Source: an uncultured Verrucomicrobiae bacterium (GTDB lineage Bacteria > Verrucomicrobiota > Verrucomicrobiia > Palsa-1439). From it: a DNA stretch of 64,000 nucleotides. A program made the position numbers and the translations under genes. The stretch lies in assembly GCA_963842185.1 (NCBI GenBank), contig CAWJFL010000022.1, forward strand, positions 15,642 through 79,641, in the 5' to 3' direction. Below are positions 50,745 to 61,362 of this stretch, piece after piece (within the stretch, counting starts at the first letter, position 1; every line of letters starts with the position of its first letter). The notes below the pieces were generated by a model. The model was not told the origin of the DNA. It was given only the letters and a program-made list of their open reading frames with translations, and ran no database searches.

Positions 50745-51628
50745 AAGTTCTTCTCACAGGAGCAGCGGGATTCATCGGCTCGCATATCGCACGCGAGTTG
50801 GTGCGCCAGGGCCACGAAGTGCACGCCCTCGTGCTGCCGGGAATCGACCGCTCTCGCGTCGCCGACGTGGCCGCATCGCTCCGCTTCGTCGAAGCCGATT
50901 TGCTGGCTCCTTCCGTCGCCCTTCCGGATTGGCGGTTTGACCTGTGTCTGCACCTTGCGTGGTACGTCGAGCCGGGCAAGTATCTTCACGCCCCGCAAAA
51001 TCAGGACTGGGTCGATGCCAGCTTGCGACTGGCGCGGCGGCTCAAAGAGGAAGGCTGCCAACGTTTCGTTGCGGCGGGAACATGTTTCGAGTATGCGACG
51101 AGCGACCCGCCTCAGAGCGAGTCCACGCCGACGGCCCCCTCCACCCTGTACGCGCAGTCGAAGCTGAACCTCTTTCAGGCACTTCCTTCGGTCGGGATCG
51201 ATTTTGCCTGGGTGCGCTTCTTCTATCAGTACGGACCGTACGAGGACCCGCGGCGGCTCGTGCCCGTCGTAATCAACCTGCTCCGGCAAGGGCAGGAGGC
51301 CAAGCTCGTGACGGGAGACCGCATCCGCGATTATCTTCACATCGAGGATGTCGCCAGCGCCGTCTGCGCCGTGGCCCAGAGCAAGCTGACCGGCGCCGTC
51401 AACATCGGCAGCGGCGTGCGAGTAACCGTACGCGACATCGCGTTGAAAATCGGCGAGTTGCTGGAGCGGGTCGATTTGATCAGGCTCGGGGCGTTCCCCG
51501 ATTCCCCAACTGAACCCATGCACCTCCTCGCCGACAACACCAAGCTGCGCGAAGGCACCGGCTGGAAACCCCGGTACAACCTCGAAACCGGCCTCCGCCA
51601 GACCATTGACTGGTGGAAGAGCCGGTAG
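50741..51628 (+). CDS. NAD-dependent epimerase/reductase (SDR)
   Basis: LTGAAGFIG, AAGTCFEY, YAQSK, RFFYQYGP; GTG start overlaps the rmlB stop. Confidence 0.88.
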   Translation: MKVLLTGAAGFIGSHIARELVRQGHEVHALVLPGIDRSRVADVAASLRFVEADLLAPSVALPDWRFDLCLHLAWYVEPGKYLHAPQNQDWVDASLRLARRLKEEGCQRFVAAGTCFEYATSDPPQSESTPTAPSTLYAQSKLNLFQALPSVGIDFAWVRFFYQYGPYEDPRRLVPVVINLLRQGQEAKLVTGDRIRDYLHIEDVASAVCAVAQSKLTGAVNIGSGVRVTVRDIALKIGELLERVDLIRLGAFPDSPTEPMHLLADNTKLREGTGWKPRYNLETGLRQTIDWWKSR

Positions 51629-51643
51629 ACGACGGGTTGTGCA

Positions 51644-54073
51644 CTACCGATTGCGGATCGCCAACCCCAGTCCCACAAGGAAAGCCGCGATACTGACTAC
51701 CGCTGCTACCGCGTACACTCGCGGCGGTTGATAGCGCAGGAGAATCGTGTGGGCGCCGGCCGGTAGCTCCATTCCCATCAGGCCACAACTGACCCGAAAG
51801 ATTTCGGTCGGCTGGCCGTCGATTTCCGCGCGCCAGAATGGATAGTAGCTCTCGGCAATGACCGCCAGACAGGCCGACGGCGCCGTCACCTGGATGCGCA
51901 CCAACTGCGCGTTCTCCCGCGTAAGTTGCACGTTTTCTAACGACACAGGCGCTCCCGCGTTGATCGGCGGAAGCGGCGAACTGTCCTCGCCATACACCTG
52001 CTCATACTTCCGCGCTTCGTCGGCGGGGACCTCACCGGGGCTTGCCTCTTTCGCCTGTACCAGCGGCCAGTTCTTTGCCGAGAGTGCCAGCGCGATGGAT
52101 GCCGACTTGTGGACGTCGCCGGCGTAGAGACAGGCGCGCGCGTACGCCGTCACGTAAGGCCGCGCCGTATCATTGCGGAACACCACGAAATCTTCATTCG
52201 TCGATACGGCGGCATAGTTGCGCGACAGATCACTCAGGACCATCTGTGGCTGGGGAGCGCCGGGGCTGGCCATGTCAAAAACGACATAGCGCGCCCCCAT
52301 CAAGTCGAGGAAGGCCCGATTCATGACGATGCGCCGATCCGACAACTGGATGATCGCCTCTTGGTTCAACAGTCCTGTCCCCAATGGGCACATCCAGTTG
52401 TAAAAGGCCTCGTAGACCTGCGGTTTGCCGCCCCACATTGGCCCGAGCAGGTGAAAGTATCGTCCGGAAACCGAGTAGGTCTTAACCCAGTCCGGATCCT
52501 TTTCGAGGGATTGGTACGCCGCCTGCAAATTCGTCAACGTGTGAGTGGGAACGCCATTGTCCCACGTCGGTTTTTGATACGGCCAGTAGTCAAGCAACAA
52601 CAATACGCCGAGGCCCGCCACAATCTTCGGCGCGTGCGCCCGCCATTTCCGCGCCACAAGCACATCCGTAACGAAGAATCCCGCCAGCATCGGCCCCAGA
52701 AATACCGCGGGCGTATCGTAAAAGACATACGGCGCCCGGATTTCCTTGAAGTAGGGCAACGTTGCCAACCATTGGAAGCCCGGCAGAAACAGGAAAATCG
52801 CCAGCGCCACACCGGCAATCACCCACTTGCGTCCCGTGGTCAGTTTTCGTCGGCAGAACACCACTAGGAACGCAATGCTCACCAATAGCCACGCGAACGC
52901 GACTCCGGACACCTGCTGCGACGAAAGCGCCTCCCAGGTCGTCCAGTTCGCTGTCCACACGCTGCTCGGTCCGGTTGCCAGCATTACACTCGCCAGCAAC
53001 GCTGCCACGAAGAACCAAAACGCCCGTCGCTCTACCCGTTGTGTGTTCCACAGCACGGTGGCCACAAGAATCGCCAGCAATACAATCCCCATGTATTTCT
53101 CGGGAGAATCCATGCCCAGCGACATCAAGCGCTGTACCTGGTCGTATTCCGCCTGACTGTTGACACGCCCGCCGCTGGCCTGAATTCGCGACATCACAAC
53201 AGCGACAAGGTTACTCGTGGCCGAGCCGTTGCGGTCCACCAGACCCAGCAGACTCTTGAAGGAGTAGGTCTTCTGCCAACCCGCCAACGGATCGCCGTAA
53301 AACAGCTTCACGTAGCCCGATTCGACAAAGCTCGGCACCAGCATCCACGACCCCATCGCCAACCCCATGGCCGCCAACAAGCCGCACATACGGGCGGTCC
53401 CCCGCCACTGTTTGCGTCGGGGCCACAGCCAATACAGTGCGTAGCCGAACAGGAACAGGAACACGGTGAAAGCCTGCTTGTTGTCCGTCCACCACGCCAG
53501 TACAGCGACGAGCGCGCACAAAAACGTATCCCGAAATCTGTTCGCTTCCAGGGCCCGCGCCAGCGTCAACCACAGCAGCGGCATGAACGGAAAGAACAGG
53601 ATGATGGTCATGTGCTCGGCGCCCGCCGCGCGGATGATCTGTTCCGGGTGCAACAGGAACGCCACCGCTGCCAACGTCGCCCCCCAGTCATTCTTCAGGA
53701 AATGCCACGCGCAACCGTACATGGTCACGGCGCCGGCAAAGATTGCCAGCAGCGCCATCAGCTTGCCGGCGGTGATGAGGTCGGTGAACATCGAGAAGAA
53801 GATCCACGGCACCAGATAGAAGCCACGACCATGGTTGAGGCCGTAGCTCGACCCGCTCATGAAATACGGCGTCCACCACGGCAGGAAATGATGTTGGGAG
53901 ATTTCGCGCTTGATGTCCCATACGCGCGAGGCCGAGCCGCTCAACTCGTGTTCGCTCAATCCCAGCGGCAGCCAGTGAGCGCCGAGCCAGATGCAGTATG
54001 CCAGCGCCACCGCCATCGTGACCCACAACCCGAGACCGGGCCGTTTAGCGCTGAGCGTTGACGACACTTGCAT
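51644..54073 (-). CDS. YfhO-like polytopic membrane protein (predicted GT-C) with C-terminal soluble domain
   Basis: First-loop EHE, PWWTPY..SG, about 12 TM helices, C-terminal ESYYPFWRAEIDG...GAHTILLRY before the final TM helix. Confidence 0.78.
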   Translation of the reverse strand: MQVSSTLSAKRPGLGLWVTMAVALAYCIWLGAHWLPLGLSEHELSGSASRVWDIKREISQHHFLPWWTPYFMSGSSYGLNHGRGFYLVPWIFFSMFTDLITAGKLMALLAIFAGAVTMYGCAWHFLKNDWGATLAAVAFLLHPEQIIRAAGAEHMTIILFFPFMPLLWLTLARALEANRFRDTFLCALVAVLAWWTDNKQAFTVFLFLFGYALYWLWPRRKQWRGTARMCGLLAAMGLAMGSWMLVPSFVESGYVKLFYGDPLAGWQKTYSFKSLLGLVDRNGSATSNLVAVVMSRIQASGGRVNSQAEYDQVQRLMSLGMDSPEKYMGIVLLAILVATVLWNTQRVERRAFWFFVAALLASVMLATGPSSVWTANWTTWEALSSQQVSGVAFAWLLVSIAFLVVFCRRKLTTGRKWVIAGVALAIFLFLPGFQWLATLPYFKEIRAPYVFYDTPAVFLGPMLAGFFVTDVLVARKWRAHAPKIVAGLGVLLLLDYWPYQKPTWDNGVPTHTLTNLQAAYQSLEKDPDWVKTYSVSGRYFHLLGPMWGGKPQVYEAFYNWMCPLGTGLLNQEAIIQLSDRRIVMNRAFLDLMGARYVVFDMASPGAPQPQMVLSDLSRNYAAVSTNEDFVVFRNDTARPYVTAYARACLYAGDVHKSASIALALSAKNWPLVQAKEASPGEVPADEARKYEQVYGEDSSPLPPINAGAPVSLENVQLTRENAQLVRIQVTAPSACLAVIAESYYPFWRAEIDGQPTEIFRVSCGLMGMELPAGAHTILLRYQPPRVYAVAAVVSIAAFLVGLGLAIRNR

Positions 54074-55157
54074 GGGATTGATGTAAGAGTTGCCAGGCGG
54101 CGGTTTCCACGGGTTCCAGCGGCAGGTCACGGACGCAGGCGTAGTCAAGCCCGGCCGGACAGCGTAACGGTCGGCTCGAATAATAGAAGCAGGGGCTGCA
54201 GGGCAACCCGCGGCTGACGATGACGTGCGGCGTTTGCCAGGGACGCACCCATGTCGGATTGGTCGGTCCGAAGACCGCCACGCAGGGCACCTTGCACGCC
54301 GAGGCGACGTGTAACAGCCCGGAATCATTGCCGACGAACAACTGGCACCGTCGGATCACCGCAGCCACCGCGCCGATCGGCAATCGACGCGCCACCGCTA
54401 CGAAACCGGGCTTCTTGTGCACCGCGCTGCTCACCTTCTCGTCCAGTGGCCCTTCGAACAGCACAAACCGCATGGAAGGCTGGCGTTCGCTCATGCGTTC
54501 CATGAACCGCGCGAACTGGGTCGGCGGCCAGCAGCGATTCTGCTGGTTCTTCATGGGATTACAACTCGGGTGAATGCCGACCAACGGCGACGCATCGGTC
54601 AGTCTGTGCTCACTGAGAAACTCGTCGGCCAAGCGGGTCGATTCCGGAGTGCTCCGAAACCACAACTTATCGGCCAGCCCGTGGACGTCCTCACCGATCA
54701 AGTGCGCCGCCCAGCGCAGGTTCTCCTCCACCACGTGCAGTTTCGGATCCTCGTCGATCACGGTCTGGTTCAGGCCGGGCAGGTTGGTGTGGGGTTGCCG
54801 CTGGTAGCGGAACCCGATCCGTTCCCGCGCGCCGATGAAACGAGCCACCGCGTTGTACTCAACCCGATTGTGGGGGTACGCCAGAACGCTCACGTCGAAT
54901 CGCTCCTGACGCAACCGCCACACGTCCCGTAGAACCCTGGCCCTGGCGCTCCCCAGAAAATCCACGAACCGCACATCGTCGGTGAACGCCTGCTCGCGCA
55001 AGTATTCGGCGACACTTCCGAACATCGTCAGGAGCGTGAGACGGAATCGCTCGGGCTCAGCCGCCAACGCGGCGATCGACGGCGACGCCATGATCACGTC
55101 GCCGAGACCCGAAAGACAAAAAATCAATACTCTTCGTTGCCGTTGGTCGGACTGCAT
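54045..55157 (-). CDS. GT9 glycosyltransferase (heptosyltransferase-like)
   Basis: GLGDVIMASP, GNDSGLLHVA, VFGPT, C.PC. Confidence 0.9.
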   Translation of the reverse strand: MQSDQRQRRVLIFCLSGLGDVIMASPSIAALAAEPERFRLTLLTMFGSVAEYLREQAFTDDVRFVDFLGSARARVLRDVWRLRQERFDVSVLAYPHNRVEYNAVARFIGARERIGFRYQRQPHTNLPGLNQTVIDEDPKLHVVEENLRWAAHLIGEDVHGLADKLWFRSTPESTRLADEFLSEHRLTDASPLVGIHPSCNPMKNQQNRCWPPTQFARFMERMSERQPSMRFVLFEGPLDEKVSSAVHKKPGFVAVARRLPIGAVAAVIRRCQLFVGNDSGLLHVASACKVPCVAVFGPTNPTWVRPWQTPHVIVSRGLPCSPCFYYSSRPLRCPAGLDYACVRDLPLEPVETAAWQLLHQSHASVVNAQR

Positions 55158-55267
55158 GGATTTATATAGACGCGATTCGCTGCGCGTTGAATATAGTACC
55201 ACGCTTCGTGTCGCCACGGCAAGAGGGCCATTCTCGGGCGTCTGAAGAGGCACGGGCGCACCGCTGT

Positions 55268-57514
55268 CTAGCCGACGGCGATGACTGTTCCCTCGTGCAA
55301 CATGCCCATAACAATGCGTTCGATCTCACTAATGTCGAATGGCTTGTTGAGCCATCGGGCGCCAGACCGCTCCAAGAAGTTCCGCGAAGACGGGCTGACC
55401 GTGTCACCGGTGACAAAGATAATCCGCTCCTGCAAATGGGGATACCGCTCGCTGATCGCGGCATGGAGTTTTTCGCCGCTCATCTCAGGCATACAAATAT
55501 CGGAAATGATCAGGTCGTACTCGTTCGAGGCCAGACGAGACAGGGCCTCGGCACCGTTGCAGGCCGATTCCGTCTGAAAGCCTTTCTCATCCAGCGCCCG
55601 CTTCAACACGTCAACAATTCCCGGTTCGTCATCGACGATCAACAAACGCCGCGCTGGCACGTTGGCTTCATGCTCGGCGACGGGCGCCTCCACCGGTGGC
55701 GGATGCACCACGTCGGGACATTTCACCACAGGTAATTCAACGATAAACCGTGTGCCTTTGCCGGCCTTGGTCTCCGCCCAAATCTTCCCCTTATGTTCTT
55801 CCACAATGCTGTAGCAGATCGACAAACCGAGTCCCGTGCCCTTACCCGGGCCCTTCGTGGTAAAGAACGGGTCGAAAATCCTCCCCATAATCGGATCGGG
55901 GATGCCGGGCCCGTTATCCGCAACCACAATGCGAATCCGGCTGTCGCAATATTCGGTGGCGACTTCGACGATCCGCGTGTCCGAACGGTTCTCCAGCGCC
56001 TGAATGGCGTTTGTGAGCAGGTTGACCAACACCTGCTCGATCTGACCGGCGTCGGCCATCGTCGGCGGCAGGTTCCTGCCCAATCGGCGCACGATCTCGA
56101 CTTTGGCGCGCTGCACCTGCATTTCGCGTGTCTCCAACGAATCCACGACAATGCGGTTCACGTCCACCATGGTCATGCGCGCCTCGCGTGGACGCGCAAA
56201 CGTCAGCAGGTTCCGCACAATCTTGGCGGCCCGTTCGCTTTCATGAAGGACCTTCTGCAAGTCCTTACGGACTTTCTCATCGAGGCCTTTGTTCTTCACG
56301 AACAGTTGCGAGTAGCCCATTACCACGGCGAGTGGATTGTTCAATTCATGCGCGACGCCGGCCACGAGTTGGCCAAGCGCCGACAGCTTTTCTGCCTGCC
56401 GCAATTGTTGCTCCATTTTCTTGCGGGTGGTGATTTCCCGGGCGTTGATCTGGAGGACCGGCCGCTCGTGACAGTCCACCAGTGTCACGGATCCTTCACA
56501 AAGCACGTGCTCCCCTGCCCCTTGTGCGATCTGGATTTCGCCCGCCGCATTGAAGAGCGCTTCCACCCGCTTTTTGTTCTCCAAGAGACTCTCGCTGCAG
56601 CCAGATAGCTTCGGGCAGAGTCCTTGCAAAGGGTGGCCGATCAACTGGTCCGCCTTCCGCGCCGTCAGCCCTTCAGCGGCGGGGTTCGCCTGAACAATCT
56701 GAAGGGTCGCGATGTCGACCACAAGGATCGCATCACATGCGGAAGCGAAAAGCTGCTGGTATTTCTGCTCGGAGATCCGCAACTCCTGTTCCAGTGCACG
56801 GCGTTGGGCCGCGCCGTTGCTACACTCCAGACGCAACACGTCGTGACGCGCGCGCGCCTGTTCCAACGCCAACGCAATCAGCCCCACGGTCACCCCGAAG
56901 GCAAGGACAGCGGACATGATGTGTTCCAAGGCACCCAACGCCGGCTCCCAAGCGATCAGCCAATAGAAGATACATTGATGCAGTGACCACAACAGCAAAC
57001 TGACGCACAGCACACGTGCCCCCGGGTGTTCCTTCCATTCCTTCGCGTGACGGATTGCGACAGCCAGGCCCGAGAATCCCAGCAACACAAACGTCGGTGA
57101 GTTGATCCAGACGTGGTTCCCCGCCACAGACCGAATCGCAAAGCTCCACGCCACTATGACCAGCGAACCGATCCCCAGTTCCCGATCGGACCGCGCGCGG
57201 TTGGCCAGATGCAACGTCCCCCACGCCATACAGAGCGCGCTGACCCCCACGCAGGCCCGGCCCAATGTCGCGAGGATCGCGAGGTCTGGCCGTTCGTCCA
57301 ACCCCAGCGCTGTCGCCAGATACATCGAGTAGTAAAGCCAGGCGACCGCCCAGAATCGATAGCATGCCTGCCGTGTGTGGAGGTTTAAATAGGCAAGCAC
57401 GGCCACCACCAGCCACGTGCTGAACACCGCCAGCGCCAGCGCGACCCTCAATCCGTCAGGCGGAAAGGTCGTGCTAACGAACGCGATGACGCTCGCCAAT
57501 AAACTCTCGATCAT
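55268..57514 (-). CDS. Hybrid sensor histidine kinase (membrane domain, PAS, HisKA, HATPase, REC)
   Basis: About 7 TM helices, [42 protein letters not shown] receiver. Confidence 0.92.
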   Translation of the reverse strand: MIESLLASVIAFVSTTFPPDGLRVALALAVFSTWLVVAVLAYLNLHTRQACYRFWAVAWLYYSMYLATALGLDERPDLAILATLGRACVGVSALCMAWGTLHLANRARSDRELGIGSLVIVAWSFAIRSVAGNHVWINSPTFVLLGFSGLAVAIRHAKEWKEHPGARVLCVSLLLWSLHQCIFYWLIAWEPALGALEHIMSAVLAFGVTVGLIALALEQARARHDVLRLECSNGAAQRRALEQELRISEQKYQQLFASACDAILVVDIATLQIVQANPAAEGLTARKADQLIGHPLQGLCPKLSGCSESLLENKKRVEALFNAAGEIQIAQGAGEHVLCEGSVTLVDCHERPVLQINAREITTRKKMEQQLRQAEKLSALGQLVAGVAHELNNPLAVVMGYSQLFVKNKGLDEKVRKDLQKVLHESERAAKIVRNLLTFARPREARMTMVDVNRIVVDSLETREMQVQRAKVEIVRRLGRNLPPTMADAGQIEQVLVNLLTNAIQALENRSDTRIVEVATEYCDSRIRIVVADNGPGIPDPIMGRIFDPFFTTKGPGKGTGLGLSICYSIVEEHKGKIWAETKAGKGTRFIVELPVVKCPDVVHPPPVEAPVAEHEANVPARRLLIVDDEPGIVDVLKRALDEKGFQTESACNGAEALSRLASNEYDLIISDICMPEMSGEKLHAAISERYPHLQERIIFVTGDTVSPSSRNFLERSGARWLNKPFDISEIERIVMGMLHEGTVIAVG

Positions 57515-57771
57515 GGATGCTTTCGCACGGTCTGACACCCGACGCCACGGGCAATCCAGATGTCGTAACCTACAGAAAGCACGAAACTTGCCACGGAAAC
57601 TGTCATCGTCCAATTCGTCGGACCACAGGCCAGAAAGTTGCCCTGCAAACGTCGAGCTTTTCCCCCAAACCCGTGCAAATCCTTGATTATCAAAACCTCG
57701 CGACGATGGACTGCCTCGACGGAGCGTTGACGGACGCACGCCCATTGCTATAATCCGCCGCGGAATAAATT

Positions 57772-59247
57772 ATGAACTTCTCCGTCACCACTTCCGCCGC
57801 CCTTTCTCAAAAGCAACCGGCCGCCGTTCTGTTCGCGTTCGAGAAGGAACGCCTCGACGGGCCCGCCGCCTTCAAGAACCTGCTCCGGCATGTCGGTCCC
57901 AAGGAATTTCGCGGAGCCGAGCGACAGCTCTTCCTCCTTCACGCGGCGGGCAAACTCGCGCCCCAACGCATTCTGCTCGTCGGTTTGGGCAAACGGGACA
58001 AGTTCACCAGCGAAACCCTGCGCCGCGCCATGGGCATCGCCGCCAAAAAACTCCGCGACCTGGGTATCGAGCGCGCCGCCGTGCAGGTGTCGGGCGACGT
58101 TGGCGATTCGCTGGCGGCCATCGTCGAGGCCGCGATCCTCGCGACCTACCAGTTTCGCCAGTTCAAACCGGCCGATGACGACGGCGATGCGACGGAACTG
58201 AAGACGCTCACGCTTTGCATTCCCGCACACGCCGATCTGAAGACAGCCAAGAAAGTCGTTGCGGACGCGCAGATCGTCGCCGAAGCCACCAATTACGCCC
58301 GCGAAATTGGCAATCTGCCCGGCAACGTCGTTACTCCCCGCGTCATGGCCGACTACGCCCGCAAATTGGCGGACGATTCGGGTCTGGTCTGCACCGTCCT
58401 CGCCAAAAAAGAACTCGAGGCTGGCGGCTTCGGCGGGCTCCTGGCCGTCGGCGGCGGCAGCGCGAATGAACCGCACTTGATCGTCCTCGAATATTACGGC
58501 TCGAAAGACGCCCCGCCGCTCGCGCTCGTCGGCAAAGCCATCACGTTCGATTCCGGCGGCATCTCGATCAAGCCGTCCGACAAAATGGACGAAATGAAAT
58601 TCGACAAGTGCGGCGGCGTCGCCGTTCTCGCGATCCTGAAGGCCGTCGCCAAACTCAAGCTGCCGCTCAACATCATCGGCGTCATTTCCTCCGCCGAAAA
58701 TATGCCCAGTTCCACGAGCTATCGCCCGGGCGACATCGTCACCAGCTACCGCGGCGCGGACAAACGCGCCGTGACCATCGAAGTCCTCAACACCGACGCC
58801 GAGGGCCGCATCGTGCTCGGCGACGCTCTCGCCTACGCCCGCGAGCGCGGCGCCAAAACCATCATCGACTTCGCCACTCTCACCGGTGCCTGCGTCGTGG
58901 CTCTCGGCAGCATCGCCGCGGGCCTCCTCGGCAATGACGACGCGCTCCAGGAGAAAATCCGCGCGTCCGCCAACCGCACCGGCGACCGCGTCTGGCCGCT
59001 CCCGCTCTGGCAGGAATACAAGGACAAGATCAAAAGCGACGTGGCCGACATCAAAAATACCGGCGGCCGCTACGGCGGCGCGATCACGGCGGCGGCGTTC
59101 CTCGCGAAGTACGTCGGCGACACGCCCTGGGCGCATCTGGACATCGCGGGCACGGCCTGGACCACGGAGGAGCTTCCTTATCTGACCAAGGGAGCGACGG
59201 GCTTCGGCGTGCGACTAGTGGTTGACCTGCTCCGTCGCTGGAACTGA
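57772..59247 (+). CDS. pepA: Leucyl aminopeptidase (M17)
   Basis: VGKAITFDSGG, MKFDKCG, NTDAEGR, ATLTGA, HLDIAG. Confidence 0.96.
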   Translation: MNFSVTTSAALSQKQPAAVLFAFEKERLDGPAAFKNLLRHVGPKEFRGAERQLFLLHAAGKLAPQRILLVGLGKRDKFTSETLRRAMGIAAKKLRDLGIERAAVQVSGDVGDSLAAIVEAAILATYQFRQFKPADDDGDATELKTLTLCIPAHADLKTAKKVVADAQIVAEATNYAREIGNLPGNVVTPRVMADYARKLADDSGLVCTVLAKKELEAGGFGGLLAVGGGSANEPHLIVLEYYGSKDAPPLALVGKAITFDSGGISIKPSDKMDEMKFDKCGGVAVLAILKAVAKLKLPLNIIGVISSAENMPSSTSYRPGDIVTSYRGADKRAVTIEVLNTDAEGRIVLGDALAYARERGAKTIIDFATLTGACVVALGSIAAGLLGNDDALQEKIRASANRTGDRVWPLPLWQEYKDKIKSDVADIKNTGGRYGGAITAAAFLAKYVGDTPWAHLDIAGTAWTTEELPYLTKGATGFGVRLVVDLLRRWN

Positions 59248-59367
59248 CGGACGGGCGGACGTGCGCCCTTTCCACGCGCCGACGATGAGTATCACCACCA
59301 CGGCCACGCTCAGCAAAAAAAAGCCGACGACCAGCACATTTTCCTTAAACTTTCGGCTGGGATTCAT
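59215..59367 (-). CDS. Possible small single-TM protein
   Basis: MNPSRKFKENVLVVGFFLLSVAVVVILIVGAW, 50 aa; overlaps the pepA 3' end. Confidence 0.35.
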   Translation of the reverse strand: MNPSRKFKENVLVVGFFLLSVAVVVILIVGAWKGRTSARPSVPATEQVNH

Positions 59368-59393
59368 ACAATACCCAAGTTTAGGCGAGCACC

Positions 59394-60314
59394 ATGGCGA
59401 ACACAATCACGCAAATCGATCTGCCGGGCGTCCCGAAGCTCAAGAGCGGCAAAGTCCGCGAGGTCTTCGATCTCGGAGACTCGCTGCTCTTCGTGGCCAC
59501 CGACCGCATCAGCGCCTTCGATGTCATCCTGCCCAACCCAATCCCCGAAAAAGGCCGCGTCCTCACCGCCCTCAGCGAATTCTGGTTCGGCAAAACCCGC
59601 CACATCGTCGAGAACCATTTCATCACGTCCAACATTGTGGGGCAAGCCGCCGGCTTGCCGTCGTTGGCGGCAGCGGGGCCCACTGCCCTACAAAACTTGA
59701 TCGACCGCTCGATGCTCGTCCACAAATGCCAGCCGCTTCCCGTCGAATGCGTCGTGCGCGGCTACCTCGCCGGCTCCGGGCTCAAAGAATACAGGCGCTC
59801 CCAAACCGTCTGCGGCATCAAACTCCCCGACGGCCTCGTCGAATCCAGCCCGCTCCCCCAACCCATCTTCACGCCCGCCACCAAGGCCGAGACCGACCAC
59901 GACGAGAACATCGATTTCGACCGCTGCGCCGAGATCCTCGGCCAGCCGCTCGCCGAGAAAGTCCGTGATACCTCCCTCGCCCTCTACAGTTACGCCCGCG
60001 ACTACGCCGCCACCCGCGGCATCATCATCGCCGATACCAAGTTCGAGTTCGGACTCCTGGAGTCCGCCGACAGTCCGACCCGCTCCAAACTCATCCTCAT
60101 CGACGAAGCCCTGACCCCGGACAGTTCCCGCTTCTGGCCCGCCGACGGCTACGCTCCGGGAAGACCCCAACCGAGTTTCGATAAACAATTCGTCCGCGAC
60201 TACCTCGAAACCCTCGACTGGAACAAGACCCCGCCCGGCCCCGTCCTCCCCGACACCGTCATCCGCAAGACCACCGAGAAATACCTCGAAGCCCTGACTC
60301 GTCTGACCGCCTGA
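59394..60314 (+). CDS. purC: SAICAR synthetase
   Basis: SGKVRE, ATDRISAFD, VECVVRGYL.GS, FTPATKA, ADTKFEFG, DE.LTPDSSRFW, SFDKQ.VRD. Confidence 0.97.
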   Translation: MANTITQIDLPGVPKLKSGKVREVFDLGDSLLFVATDRISAFDVILPNPIPEKGRVLTALSEFWFGKTRHIVENHFITSNIVGQAAGLPSLAAAGPTALQNLIDRSMLVHKCQPLPVECVVRGYLAGSGLKEYRRSQTVCGIKLPDGLVESSPLPQPIFTPATKAETDHDENIDFDRCAEILGQPLAEKVRDTSLALYSYARDYAATRGIIIADTKFEFGLLESADSPTRSKLILIDEALTPDSSRFWPADGYAPGRPQPSFDKQFVRDYLETLDWNKTPPGPVLPDTVIRKTTEKYLEALTRLTA

Positions 60315-60503
60315 AGCCATCAGTGGCGCACCCCGCACGCGGCGCTTTCCGCTTGTAGGGCAAGCGCTCCGCTTGCCGTCGTACTCCGTCCGCCTCGCCC
60401 CATGCCGCCACTCGTGTCCCTCCTGTCTCCACTCCGCAGCCATCATGTTCGGCGACTCGAACCCGCTTGTAAGATTTGCGGAACGCGCTACCGTCAGGCC
60501 ACC

Positions 60504-61175
60504 ATGCGCCTGAATAGATCAATTGTGACTGGGAGCCTATTGGCCGCAGCCGTGGCGTTTGCCAATACCGCTACAGCCGACAGGATTCACGACTATGCGG
60601 AAAGCCTGAACCACACCGGTATCAGCAACATCCTTCAAGAAGACCCATCCCTCGTGAACCTCAAGGACTCACAAGGGCGCACACCACTGTTATGCGCGCT
60701 TAGCACCATTTACTCTGTCAATGCGGACGGCTTGAAAAAGACCATCGACGTGCTGCTGGTAAGTCATGCTGATATTCACGCACGGGACAAAGACGGCAAC
60801 ACAGTCGTTCATTACGCTGTTAGGCAGGGGATGGATTTCGTCGCACTGTTCCTCTCGTCAGACCACACCTTCGTCACTGCCACGAACAAGTTTCAGGAGA
60901 CACCGCTTCATACGGCAGTCCGTCTTAGACAAAACGACATTGCCGAATTTCTGATCGTCTCCGGTGCTCATGTGAACGCCAGGGACAAAGATGGTGTCAC
61001 CCCGTTGCACATCGCTGTAGAACAAGTGAACGCCGACATGGTGAGTCTCCTGCTGAAATATCATGCCGACATCAACGCGCGGACGAACGACGGCAAAACC
61101 CCGTACTCTCTCGCGGCCAACGACAACGACTCCACCTTCCAAAGATTTATCCGCAAGAACGGCGGCCACGAATAG
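60504..61175 (+). CDS. Ankyrin-repeat protein with signal peptide
   Basis: GRTPLL, GNTVVH, ETPLH.AV, GVTPLH.A repeats. Confidence 0.9.
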   Translation: MRLNRSIVTGSLLAAAVAFANTATADRIHDYAESLNHTGISNILQEDPSLVNLKDSQGRTPLLCALSTIYSVNADGLKKTIDVLLVSHADIHARDKDGNTVVHYAVRQGMDFVALFLSSDHTFVTATNKFQETPLHTAVRLRQNDIAEFLIVSGAHVNARDKDGVTPLHIAVEQVNADMVSLLLKYHADINARTNDGKTPYSLAANDNDSTFQRFIRKNGGHE

Positions 61176-61362
61176 AAGACGAGCGCCAGCGAACTCGATA
61201 TGTATTATCTACCAGACCGTTCAATGGGACATCAACGCCATCCAGTCGAACGTGAATCGTGTTTTGAACGGCGAGAAACCGCTGGCCCTTGAGAAGCGCA
61301 AAGCTGAGCGACTACGACTTCCGGCGATTTCACAAAGCTAGAAGTCCATTGGACGGGGCAGG

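Noticed and set aside
61176-61341. Open frame after the ankyrin gene
   Set aside because: No start codon context or motif; cannot be supported as a gene
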